From Adineta vaga (lineage: Eukaryota > Animalia > Rotifera), in NCBI GenBank assembly GCA_021613535.1, contig CP075496.1, positions 3,100,001-3,164,000 of the forward strand: a stretch of DNA of 64,000 nucleotides, read 5' to 3'. Below, piece by piece: positions 51,064 to 64,000 of this stretch. The notes under the pieces were generated by a model. It was not told the DNA's origin, did no database searches, and was given only the letters and a program-made list of their open reading frames with translations. The translations under genes were made by a program, and so were the position numbers. How positions within the stretch are numbered: position 1 is the stretch's first letter; each line of letters begins with the position of its first letter.

Positions 51064-52066
51064 ATGGCAACCGGAGACGATATGGTCGAGTTTACAATCA
51101 AAAGTAATATGGTAGCAAGCGAAGCGATACGTCGTTTTAAACGATCAATGCCAATTTATGAATTAAAAGTAATTTTAAAATCATTAGAGAAAAGATTGAT
51201 AAATCTTTTTCAATGCATTTATTCATAACTTTTTATTACTTCAAATTCCTTTTTGCTTTTAAGAATCAATTAGAATTGATCACTGGTGCTCAAAGTCAAT
51301 CAATGAAAATTCATGTTCACGATGAACGTGGCACAAAATTATTTGATATTGATGACGATTCACGTACCTTAGGTTCCTTTAATATTCAATCAAATATGAT
51401 ATTACAAGTTGAAGAAACAAATGCAAAACGTGCCCATTTGTTTGATGATACAGGAGATGTACCAAAATATGAATTAACAAAAGAAGAATATGAATCAAGA
51501 AAGAATACAGCAAGACAATTCATGCAAGATCACAAAATAGGAAAATATAATCCAACAGCTCAAGAAGAATATGCAAGAAAAGAGAAAGAAAAAGAAGCAC
51601 TTGAACAAGAAGCAGCAAGTAAAATTAATGTTAACGATCGGTTAGTTGTTTTCTTTCAGAAAACTGCCTCATTCTATTTTGGTATTGACTTCATAGATGC
51701 GAAGTTTGTGTTCCATCGCAACCAACAAAACGAGGAACGGTTATGTTTAAAGGTATAATATCAAGGTGTCTTGTTGATATATTGAATCTACGATGAGAAA
51801 ATAAACGTCTAATATGTGTATAATTTTTAGGTAAAGTACATTTTAAACCAGGAGTATGGGTTGGTATTCAATATGATGAACCACTAGGCAAAAATAATGG
51901 ATCGTAAGATTTTGACTCACAGAATTGATTAGAAAGGAATATTATGTTTTCATTTAGTGTTGAAGGAAAAAAATATTTTGAATGTCCAGACAAATATGGA
52001 GCATTTGTTCGACCAAGTTCAGTTACAGTTGGTGATTTTCCTGAAGTTGATTTAGAAGAATTATAA
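51064..52066 (+). CDS. TBCB: Tubulin-folding cofactor B
   Basis: N-terminal ubiquitin-like domain ([11 protein letters not shown]), central [12 protein letters not shown] segment and CAP-Gly [25 protein letters not shown], ending EEL. Confidence 0.95.
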
Positions 52067-52853
52067 AGTTTTCTTTTATTCCGTGATTTGTGATACTTTG
52101 AATGATTGCACGAGTGGTGAATAAACACTTACAACAGTTATTTTTTAACCATGACTGATATGTTTTAATCTTAAAAATCATTATCTCTCTCAAATTATCT
52201 TCAAAACAGATCGATCAGATGTTTCATAAAATAAAATAAACATTCATTACTTCTCAAAAAATAGATCTATTCAGTAAATGATCCATATTGATCGCTTTTT
52301 AACACATTTATTTTACTCTGAACAATCGACTTATTCGTATACAAGTTATGTTATAAAACAGACTATAATTTAGATAAACTGACAATTTCAAAGATCTATA
52401 CCTTGTATGAAAACCACAAGTCTTGATGTCGGAAAATTCGCTAGTACAATGTCGGAGTTCTCTCAACAAAAACGACAGTTCGAGAATGGTCACATATATT
52501 AATCATTATAATTGTTGATTTTGGATAAAAAATATTCTGAACCATGTCTGTATGCTGTATATATATAGATGAGTGATATATCTATTCGTTTATATAGTAA
52601 TTTATATTATTCATATGTCATAAACACCATGTGCTTTTATTTTTATGCCCATTGAGGGAAAGTATTTTTACCATCTCTCGCAATGATGTAGGTAAAGGAA
52701 GAAAAAATGTCGTCTATCAATTTTAACGTGTTCTTTATTAATGTTTGCTTCACATTTTCTTATGAAATCAAGAGAAATCTAAAGAACAAAAAAATATGTG
52801 TCATACTTAAGTAAGATAGTTTGTAGAATACGTCCCACATCAACCGAAAGGTA

Positions 52854-54061
52854 ATGGACACAACATGGAAAAACCGCCTTCAAGAATATTGTCAAAAGCA
52901 GAAGATTTCTATGCCTAACTATCGAATAAAAAATCAATCTGGTCCACCACATAGTCTCAAATTTCAGGTATTTATACAAATAATTAACGAAATGATGAAT
53001 ATTTACATAGAATACAAGTTTACTTCAGAACAATTTGTACGAATCATAAAGATCGAAAATGTGTGTTTCGTTTATTTTTCACAATCAGATTATAAAACAA
53101 AAACATATTTTACAAAACATCATAGACTCTAACCTATCATAAATTATTCAACGATAAATTTAATTTAAACACTTTATAGTTAGATGAGATTTCTTACTCT
53201 AAATTTGAATGCACATATCACAGTTTAAATAATTAACTCTTTACGAACGCTTCACAACATTAGAAATCTCTCACATTTTAAGATTATTTTAAACATCATC
53301 ATATGTATCACATTCGTTTTATATGATTACCAGCAATTTTTCGTTGCCTTAAATTATATGTTTAGGTTGAAGTCGAAGTAAACAATCATTGGTATGTTGG
53401 TGATGACATGTGTTCATCGAAAAAAGAAGCAGAACAATCTGCTGCTAAGACAGCTTGGCAAGCTCTTTTGATTGTGACTGTACCTTCAACTCCATCTTCG
53501 ACAGTAATTATTACTGAAGAACATCTTACTCCACCACCGTCATACTCTGAAGTATTACAACTTGATTTAAAAAAACATCTACCTGTTGACTATGCTATTA
53601 TCGAAGCATTTATAGATGATATGGTCACAGCAGAAGGTGGACGTATTCGTAAAATATCGTCACCTGATGCTAATGGACAATACAAATTTGAAATTAGTGG
53701 CTCATATCGATATTGTGAAAATGTCAAACGACAGCATAAGAAGAATCAAATCTATTTCATCGTTAATCCTTATAACAAAACTTATTTTCAAAAATGTCAT
53801 GATCCAGAATGTTACGGTTTTCGTTCAGTATTGAAGACTATCAGAAATGAACAAATACCATGTTCTACTACTGCTACAGAAGAAGCATTTCCATTACGTC
53901 AATGTTCACATTGTCGAACTTCATTATCGAGTCAAGGAATTGAATGTGAACGTTGTGGAGAACAATTCTGTAGGAAATGTGTTTCTGAATGCGATTATTG
54001 TCATGATGCAATTCATTGTAGCACATGTTTTGAATCATGTTTTGACTGTCATGATTCCTAA
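52854..54061 (+). CDS. 269-aa protein: dsRNA-binding domain + PrimPol/UL52-type zinc finger + 12-Cys C-terminal zinc-binding region (exons 52854-52967, 53366-54061)
   Basis: dsRBD WKNRLQEYCQK..P.Y..SGPPH..F.VEV....SSKKEAEQSAAK. Zinc finger YRYCENVKRQHKKNQIYF..YFQKCHDPEC. Six CxxC pairs at the C-terminus. Confidence 0.85.
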
Positions 54062-55724
54062 ATAGAATCTATTATTAAATAATGGATTTCATATTCACGA
54101 AATAAAATTTTGGATAAACTATATAGTAGTTTTTCTTTTCAGAATTTGAATAATCTAGCAAGTGACACCTATTTTTCTGTAGCTTTGATATTAGTGATCA
54201 TATTAATATTTCAGCAACATATATCTAAGTAATGTATAATTTAAAAATGAAAGATTCAATCAAGTTTCCTAGCGTTATAATAAATTGGTATATTGAAAAG
54301 CAGATATGCAAACAAACGTTTTTGTGTTCGATGTTTTCTGTCTATGTAGTTAATTATTGAAATAATTTGCGATAGAAACTGAAATAAATGAGCAATATGT
54401 TTGTAATCATAAATATGGAAAAGAACCAAGAAGTAGATATCAATTAGCGATACGAAGAATTGTGAAAAATATTGATTAATAAAATTAAATATTCAATGAT
54501 CATACGATCAAATCAATGATATAGAATACCTTCGAATTGTCTCATCAGCTATCAGTATCGTCATTTTAACGTACATCAATTTCTTGTATTTCAATAAGAT
54601 ATGTATCAGTTAATTGTACAAAAAGTGAAAAACATATTACATTTCATTATTATATTTTCTTATTGAACTTCTAGAATTATCTTAACTAAGCGTATGAAGC
54701 AAAATATATGCTTTGAATTGAATATATAAGTCAATCCTTTCAATACTTCATTAATCATTTGATAGATCTATGATTGCTTGTTTAAGTTGGATACTATTAT
54801 TTAGTAATTCATGATTATTCGTTATTCTTTAAGTAATTATAAGTTTATCAATTATCCATTGAAATTTAATGTGTAGAAAACAATAATTAAACAATTATGT
54901 TCTTATCGAAGATTATTTTAATTGTGCACTTAATGAGTAGACTTCATTGAATATGAAAAAACGATTTGAACTTGTATTGACTACGTAAATGTACGAGAAA
55001 AAAAACGAAACTCACTATCGATGTATGATTGATGCGATAATTATTGCATAACATATTGTACCTATCCTCGTCTCCTTCTTTCTAACAGCTTCATTTATCA
55101 ATGTCATTTGTCAAACATCAAGAAAAAAAGGGCAATTATAACACCTGTGAGGCATATCTGAGCTATCAATGGAATCATATTCTACTTTCTAATCTAAACA
55201 ATCAATTTCGAAAGACAAACAGAACACGAAGAAATCGTTAATTACACATGCTTTCATTCCTTGTGTATGACTATATAGAAAAATCTTCAGAATCAATTAT
55301 TACAATATCATACGTACTTGAAAAGATTCGTTAAGATCACTTCGAAATGAATAGATTCTCTTTTTTTTGTTATGAGTAGTACATTTGTCTGCATTCATAT
55401 ATTTGACACATTTCGAATTTTATAGTGTTTTGTTCACTTTTTTTCTCTTCTTTCTATGTACTAAGTCAAAGGTCGACTAACAAGGGACGCTTATTTACTT
55501 GTCTTCTCACACCCATACGTTACTGTGGGACTTAGTTCAATTGTCTTATTTACTGCTTGAAGACACTATCATCTTTAATACTTTGAAAAATCAGTCATAT
55601 AAAATAAAAACAACCTACAGTCAATAATGAAAGGGACGAGAGAAGAGAGAGAACGAGAACAAACGATACCGCTTCGTTTTCTCTTTTCGTTTATAAGACT
55701 TCTGTTTTGGTATTATTACATACA

Positions 55725-58700
55725 ATGGATGAAACGAAACAGTATCAAAACGATGAGAGCGTGCTCATTAAATGCATGAACAATCTAACTTCTAAGGTTG
55801 AAAAGGTTAGCATTCTGTAGAGAAGCATATAGAAATTTGTTTCAATGCAGACATGATAGGTATACATACCTACATATTCAAATTCGTTGAGCATATATAT
55901 ACAACATAAATCCTTTCGTTGTCATTTTTCTTTCCTTTTTTTATCACCTACGATCGTATTAGATTGACTATCAATATTCATCCACTCATCCTTTTCGATG
56001 TACATACATACAATTCAAGCGTGACTTGCATCGTATAGTGGACAACGAAACTGATTACGACGTTTTCTGTACATATACGATGAACAGAGTATGAAGAGAA
56101 CATTCTACCTTAAATGATAATTACACACACATCTGTGTCTTTTTTTTCTTGTCTCTACTTCGATTTCACTTTGAACAAATATTCGTACGACGAAAAATTA
56201 TAATGTATATACTAAAAGAGAACGAATAAGTGAGATGAACAGGTAAGATAGAAAGAAAGAAATGGTTATTTTATACCAACGATCATTTCGTTCTCTCACA
56301 AGTAAGAAGGATGCATATTGAAGGATGGCAAACACTTAACCTCCTACCCATCATCATGTGTATACATATACATACATATATCTGTGAATATGAGATCTTC
56401 GCTTTAATATAAATGTGTTTCCTTTTTTAAATACTCTTTTCTTTCTCTTTTTTCATTTAATGATCAGACCTTGTAAAAATCACACACCTTCACATTACAA
56501 GGATGATCATATCCAATAAATTGTACAAGATTGAGTACAGTTTCATTCTGATTTTTTTTAGTATCAGATGGCAGCTGCAATACCTCGACATCTTCTCGAA
56601 ACACTTGTCAATTGTCCTGCTTGTTCTCAACGTTATAATGAACCAAGAGTCCTTCCAACATGTGGACATACTGTTTGTAAGTTGTAATCTATAAAAAAGA
56701 AAAAGAAAGATTAGCTATATAAATAACAAACAAAATAATATAGGTATAACCTGTCTTGAAAATGAATGGAATACTGAAGAATCAACAATAACAAGCAATG
56801 GAAATCATGATAAATCAGTTCATTTTTGTCCCGTATCTAATTGTCGAAAAGAAATATGTTCAACAATAAAAAATTATATAGATTTACCAATAAATCAAAC
56901 TGTTCTTGATCTTGTTGAGTCATGTAATTTTCATGTTGAAGCAACTGGACAGTGTAAAGTGTGTAATCAATCACCATCATTTGTTAAATGTTCACATTGT
57001 TGTTTATTTGTTTGTTTTGAATGTGCAAATCAACATAGACGTGATGCATTAACATTATTAACAAATAATATCAATACATTAGAACAAGAATATTTAACTA
57101 TGAATGATGAAATGGATCATGCAAGACATAAATTAATAGATATAAAACATAAATCTATTGAAACAATTCGTTTATATTATGCACGTTTAATTGATGAATT
57201 ACGTTGTGCACAATTAACAAATGAAGATATTGTTGAACGACAAGCAATAATATGTCAAAATGAACTTGAATTACTTATTGATGAACATAAACAACGTTGT
57301 GAACAAATCAATAAAACAATACAAGATTTACGAATCACTATTACCGATTGGTCAACAGTTGAACAATTTAAACAATTACAAATGGCATTAACACATATTC
57401 AAGAAGATATTCGTGAAGCAAATGAAATTTTTCAGGAACGTTTACCCGAAATGAAATTATTTGAATTCGATAATAATGAACTTAAAAAGAAAACTTATGA
57501 TAAACCTAGCGATTCTCTCTTACAAGTTGATGAATTAGTCGCAAATACATGCAAACAAAATTCTATGGCTTCGAATAGAACAACACGGCAGAATATTCTC
57601 GATGGTATGCCATATTTCTTTTGTGTCTATTCATTTCTTTATTTCTAATTAAATATATATATACATATGTATAGATTCAAGTAGTACAGCTTCATCTTCA
57701 ACTAATAATGAGCATCACAAAGTTTCTACACCAACAAATGATCGAGCAATAAAAAAACAGTCCAATGGTCAAGGAAATCCTTGTAAGTCAGTTAATTCTA
57801 CTGGCCATCAACAACAAGCTCCATCAAATATTCATGATGACGTAACTACTGTTCCGATATCTGAACAAAAATCATCACCATCCATACCATCTCCACACAT
57901 TCCTATTCAACATCATGCTCATCGATCTCATCCATCTTCAACAGGTAGTTTATTATCAAAAACGGTCTCCAGTTCGATGGCTGATCTATCTTTGACATCA
58001 CATAACCATAAAATGACTTCAGCAACCAATCGTTTATCAACATTTCAATCGAAATTAGACAATTGTAATATTGAATCTTACAAGAAAATTCCATTATCAC
58101 AGAGTTTTGATTGGGGAATGTTAGCAATTACAAATACAGATTTAATCTTACTTTATAATAAAGATAAAACATCATTAGTTATATTTGATGCCAGTGGACA
58201 TGAGAATGAAGTAAATTACTGTTAAATCTTTCTTTATCAATTTAATTCATTGTTCATTTTATTCGTATATTTTTTTAGAGAATTCAATGGTCAGATGGTG
58301 ATATAAAAGATTTATGTATTTATCATGATGATAGTATAATTATAGTTGGTGAACATAAACAAGCATCAAAACCTATTGAATGTAAATTATATGTATGTAA
58401 TTTAACACGAAAACAACTTGAACGTGAACGTGTCGTTGAACGTGGTCTCAATTGTCAACGTGTTGCGTCAGATACAGAATTTATTTTCTATGCATCGGAA
58501 AAAGGCTGTAATAAATCGAAAATCTCTGTATTTGATCATGAATTACAACTACAAGTGACATTCGAATCTGGAGTTGAAGTACGAAGCATAGTGGCAGATT
58601 CACAATGTTGTTATATATTAGGAAAACGACGTGAACGAGAACCAGCAAGATATTTTCTTGAAAAAAGACAAAAAAATGGTAGAAATGTAAAAGTGAATAG

Positions 58701-59107
58701 AAGAAAATATACTTCGATATTTTTTTTATTTTAAAAAAATTAGGTCAACTTGTTCGTCGAATTGATTTATATGAAATCAATGTTGATAATATGAATCGAT
58801 TAATTGTAGATCCTATTAGTCATGGTGTTATTATAACAGATGGTGGAAATAAAAAAATCTGGGCTATTGGACCTGAAGGTGAAAAAAAGGCAGTTCAATA
58901 TCGACCATGGCGTAAGTTATCTATTCCTTGTTCATTTCTTGATTTTATGCTTCTCTGTGTCTAGCGTGGAGTGTAGGATTTTTAACGACGGATACTTTAC
59001 TTGTTCTACATGCTGGCTGTTTAACGTTTCATGCTGTTAATCATCAAAAACAAACGAATAATGGAACAAAATTACGAAATATTATTACAAATGCTGAAAA
59101 AGTTTGA
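55725..59107 (+). CDS. TRIM-like protein: RING, B-box-like, coiled coil and a C-terminal beta-propeller-like region
   Basis: RING CPAC..PRVLPTCGHTVCITC..CP, then CKVC..CSHC..CFEC..H, a heptad-rich helix and a beta-rich C-terminus. The first exon 55725-55805 is tentative; an alternative start is 56568. Confidence 0.8.
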
Positions 59108-59626
59108 ACTGTTTGTATTTTCAAGCATTCATCTTAATTGAACTGACAACATCTTTTAGTGTTTCAATAAATTGTTTTCTTTTTGTGATTTTTTTCTTGG
59201 TGCTTAAGACAAAAGTTTATAAGAAATAGGAAATATCGAAACAAAGGATTATGTCTGATGTTCATTTCGTCGTTTTAAACGAATGATTACTTCAATTTAG
59301 ATGTGACACAAAATATCTCTTCTCATTAAGACTTCATTTAGCAACGATCTTGAAGTTTATCACATTCTCTCATAAAATATAAATAAGTTTCGTCATACGT
59401 GCTCTGTTGAATTAGTCAAAGCACGAAAATGAACAATATTTATCTAATGAAATACTAGTGAATCAACATTCATTTATCAAAAAGAAGACATCACATAATT
59501 GTAAATAACGATATTTGTTCGGTATTCAGATAGTAATATGATAACAAATTGTATTATTGATTCTAATCAATTTTATTTTTCTTTCGAATAGAAAGGATAG
59601 AAATTTTTAGCACTCGGAGCGTACAA

Positions 59627-61362
59627 TCATTCATGGAGTTCATCTCTGCGTTGTAATGAACAATAGTATCTCTTGGTGCTATGACAAAATTTTCCTTCAA
59701 TTGATCGAACGAACTATTTGTTTTTTCACCACAGTCAATTACGGAAAATGTTTTTAGCATACGAACAAGCACCATCTTCATTTCCACCATAGCAAAACGC
59801 ATTCCCACACAGTTTCGTGGTCCTGCTCCAAATGGAATCCATGCCATCGGATGACGTTTTGTTTCAAATCGTTCAGGATAGAATGTATGTGGATCGACAG
59901 GACCCCACAGATCAGCATCAAAATGTAAATTATAGATGTCAACAGCGATACATGTGCCCACTGGAATAACACCCACATTCTCGATACGAAAGTTTCTGTG
60001 CTTTGACGATTGATCACTATAGGTGCAATGGGATACATGCGGAGTGTTTCACGAATAAACATGTCGAGATAGTCCATTTGGGCAATAGTGTCATAAGATG
60101 GCATTTGATCTTCATTTTCTGGATCAAAATACGAATCGATATGATGTTGCAGTTTGAGTTGTTCGTTTGGATGAGTTGCAAGTACATAGGAGATGTAACT
60201 AAGTGCAGTACTTGTTGTTTCATAACCAGCAATCACTAAATGAAATTGGTTAGCAAAGGATAAGGGAGAAAGAGAGAAAAGATGATATAGACTTACTGAA
60301 AAGAAAGACGTTGGAAGCAATTTCATGCTTTGTCAATTTTCGAACCAATGGTGGTTCAATATCTGTTTCTTCGTTGTTAGCATTATTTGCTAGACCATCC
60401 TTTTGTAAAAAGAAATTATTATTTTCATAAATATTTCTGATAAATCTTACTTGAATATATTCTTCATTAGAAGCAGATTCTAGCATTAATTGCAACAAAT
60501 CAACACGACTAGTTCGACCAATTTCTTGCTGTTTTTTGATCATTTGTCTTGCTTGACTTAAAATCCATGTCGCTGGATTTTCTTCGATGAATGCCTTGGT
60601 TATCGGAATATGATGACGAAGCCAATGTTTAAGCTGACCAACTGATATGTGTAATGTTCTCCAGAGAGTTCGTAATTCAGTAATGAATATAGTTAAAACT
60701 GCAAATAAACGAAGATGTGACTTGTCACCGAACATTTGTTGAGAATAAACTAAATAAGGATTTTTGATATTATTTTGCATATCTGTCTCGATTCCAAAAC
60801 CACATGACCAAATGGTATCCATAGTAAAGCGTTTGAAATAGGCAGAGATATCAAATGGTTGATTTCTATTGCTCTCTTCAGACATTTTTTCCATAAGTAC
60901 ACGAACACTTTGATGAATGAGTGGTGTCATTTGTTTTAATTTTGCGGAGGAAAATGTTGGATTAATTACAAATCTTTGACGTTTCCAGCGTACACCCAAA
61001 GCAGTTATCATATTTACTCCTTTAGCATTAGGATCGGCGAGTGGAAAAAGACGACGAGAATGAAAATTTGAAAATGATTTAATAAATACATCTTGAAGAA
61101 CATCAGGATCAGAAATAACGAGAATCGGTGTATGTCCTTCGTAATAACCAAATATACGGCCATATTTTTTTGTCCATTGATAAATGTTCAGTGATAACCG
61201 TCTACTTTTGATTACATCGAGAAAATTACCAAAGAAAAGTGTAGGCGGTGGACCAGGAATATTGAGTTTAGTAAAATAATCATATGCCTTTCGAACATGC
61301 CATAAATAAGCAACAATTGTGATCAATAGGACAGTCAACAAGACGCTTGTAAGCAACAACAT
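59627..61362 (-). CDS. Cytochrome P450, CYP3 clan (CYP3A/TBXAS1-like), with two apparent 1-bp frameshifts
   Basis: N-terminal anchor plus PGPPP, WKRQR, AGYETTS, ETLR, PERF and heme motif FGAGPRNCVG. The frame breaks near 59993 and 59656. Confidence 0.9.
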
Positions 61363-61834
61363 ACTTTATAAAAAATTATTTGTTCTTTGCTCCTTTTGCG
61401 ATGAGTAATGACAAACCCGGTGTCACATTTTTTCTTCGTGTTTTTACCGCTTAGATATTTACTTGTTCTTCGAGTACGACCAGGTTCGTCGGTGTTCTTT
61501 AAAAATAAATGATTGGCTTACATTACTGTTCGTACTGATAACACAGTAAATAGGAAAAAAAATATTATCATATTTTTTAATACGTCTGAAAAATCTGCAG
61601 AAAAAAACACGAACTTTTCGTTTCAATCAAATTTATATAAAGATTCTTGACGCTTTCGAAAACAAATTCTCTTCGTATTATAGTCAGAATACTGTATAGT
61701 CATACGATTAACTATGTTCAAATGTCACTAGATTTTGTCGATGGAAAATATGAAATGAGATATTTTCAGTCTTTCAGCGAATGTTTTTTTCTTTTATTAT
61801 GAAAAACAAAATGAGGAGAAAGCATGATAGATAA

Positions 61835-63002
61835 TTAAAACGTGATTGGAAATAATCGATGCGTTGGCGGTGCAGTTAAATCTAATTAACAAATAATAGT
61901 CAAAAAACAATGTAATTTTTCGTAGAGAAAAACTTACCACTTTCAAAACGAACATTAATTGGGCGTTGATAATTTTTAAGAATATCTTCTGCAGTTCGGA
62001 ACATCGATTGTTTAAGAAGATAATTAATATTAGCTACAGACAGAAATAGTAGTTATGAATTCAAACTAATTTTTCATATATTTCTATTACCTTGATTAGG
62101 TAATAAATCAGCTCGTTGATCAACATTTGCCAAAATGTCAACGGGTCGTTCCTTATTATAGAAAAGATAATGTTCATAAGAATCATATGAACTATTTAAA
62201 TCTTACATTAGTTCGTCGTTCATCAAGTTGATATTTGGCTAAGCGTAATAATTTACCGAGTACTTCAAGAGATAAAGCTTCTATTGATTCAGCTGGTTGT
62301 GCATCAAGATCTTCCACAGCTAATTTAATACTTTTGAATGTCCAATTTGGATAAGTTCGTGTATGAATCTGAAAAAAATATAAAATTCTTCTTTTTTCAC
62401 TAATGTAATCTTTAACAAAAATACAAACATTATAAGAAATATTAAGAATTGATGCTTCTCGAATAAGACCATTCTCACGATTATTAATAGATTGATTAAG
62501 ATCTTCAAGAATAAGTTTCATTGCTGGATCTGTTACTTCCAAAGAATGTATAAAGAGTGTTGGAAATATTAGTAACAGACCAGTAACGGGTGGCACAGTA
62601 TTTCCTCCAGGTGTTAGGCATTCACGAGTGTCAAGAGTTTTTTCAAGAATACTTGGTAACGAACTTATATAATTTTGATAATAATCTATTTATAAATACA
62701 AATAAATCAATATATGAAAATAAAATAAAAAGTCTAACCTCCAAGTTCTGGTTGTTTATCCCAAGTATCTCTTAAACGACCGATAATAACAATATTATTA
62801 ATCAATGGAAGCTAAATATAACATAAATATCTTGCTTATTATTTCGATTAAACATCTCTTAAACATGAAAGTATACTTTTTTGTATGCGATTTGTTCGAA
62901 TAATGTTTCTGTGGGATAATCATCGTGATTATCAGCACCATCATTACCAATTGGTGCGGATACGATTCGATCTGTTCTCTGTTGATTACGTGCTTGATTC
63001 AT
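61835..63002 (-). CDS. TEX47: TEX47/C7orf62-like protein (BLUF-like fold, cilia-associated), multi-exon
   Basis: Spliced frame gives DYYQNY..VTGLLLIFPTLFIHSLE..ILNISYNIHTRTYPNW..ADLLPNQANINYL..YQRPINVRFESD, matching my recollection of the TEX47 motif order. Confidence 0.72.
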
Positions 63003-64000
63003 AATCTTTCAATCTACAATTTAACTAAATTTCATATGAGAATATCTAAAACTAACGTCATTTTGCTTCACAATGTCATAGTAACCGACTCCATGAGATC
63101 TTCACTCACGACATCTACTGTTCTTCAATGAACAGATGCAAGGAAGGATATTTAAGGCAATCTCTTCTCTTTTCTTCTCATTTACATATGACATAGGTTG
63201 AATTAACTGCAAATATATTCTATACACGAATAGAACGATCAATACGTGTTATCTTCTTCTTCTTCTTCTTCTCAGTAACATTATATCGAAATTAGTTTGA
63301 TCTGAAAGATTTTAGATGATCACTTTTATGGCAATATTGCACGCATTGATATTATTTATTGAAGCAAATCATCATTAAGTTATATGCTATACGGAAATAA
63401 TATAAATAAATCCAAAACAAGAGAGTTCTATGTTGAATGTTAAACAATATCAAACAATATAGAATGTTGTACCTCTTTCTATTTAAAAAAAACTTGAACA
63501 GATCTTGATAGTGTGATTGCTCTGAATGATATCCGGTGTGACCTTTTTATTTTTTTTGCAATCAAATCTAATGTATTTGCTCAAAGTAATTCTGTGAGAA
63601 GAATCTATCGATCATTTGATCGAAATGTCGCTTGAGACCTACAAGTTCTTCCTGTTGCCTGAGGCATTCAGAACATGGTATTGCTTCAATATTAAAAAGA
63701 ATATATATCTTTTTCGAATCATAATAATTTCCATATATGCATGATCAAACTACTTCTTCGTCATACAATGATCATACTATTGGTTCATTTAGATTCCTTT
63801 AGATTCTAATACTATGTAAGTAGTGGAATAAATAATTAATCAAATCTAATTGAAAATCATTTCGATAGTATGACAAGGTAAGACGAGATTTATTTTGAAG
63901 AAAAACAAAAACATAAATTTCAAACTTTGATATAGACCACATGAATTCCGTTAGAAAACAGGCAATTCAATATAAGTTATTGTTTTGTGTTCTGTTTTTC

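Noticed and set aside
54518-54556. Minimal hammerhead-like string on the minus strand (ATAG-CTGATGA-GACAATTC-GAAG-GTATT-CTAT)
   Set aside because: GAAG instead of GAAA, a 2-bp stem II, no stem III palindrome, single copy and no Penelope-like context. Probably chance.

Overview
AT-rich eukaryotic genomic DNA, most likely from a bdelloid rotifer (inferred from the divergent rRNA and the compact genes with ~50-65-nt introns). Bases 1-33241 are the end of a tandem rDNA array: two complete ~16.3-kb units (IGS-18S-ITS1-5.8S-ITS2-28S) plus part of a third IGS. Both 28S genes are interrupted at the R4 site by a ~4.03-kb site-specific non-LTR retrotransposon (Myb-RT-CCHC-RLE). It has a 14-bp TSD AGTGACGCGCATGA, an HDV-like ribozyme fold starting at its first base, a structured 3' UTR and no poly(A). 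Copy 2 is intact; copy 1 is frameshifted. The neighbouring R2/I-PpoI site is mutated (TTAAGG->TTCTGG). Both IGSs carry the same 5'-truncated antisense Jockey/I-like LINE inside an ~80-bp subrepeat array. After an abrupt junction at 33241 come single-copy genes: an orphan ORF; a CNG channel with two apparent mutually exclusive S6 exons; a tightly packed stonin-STAG-TBCB cluster that looks operon-like; an unusual dsRBD + PrimPol/UL52 zinc finger + Cys-rich protein; a TRIM-like gene; a frameshifted CYP3-clan P450; and a TEX47-like gene. Several 1-bp deletions may be assembly errors. All alignments and folds were done by eye.
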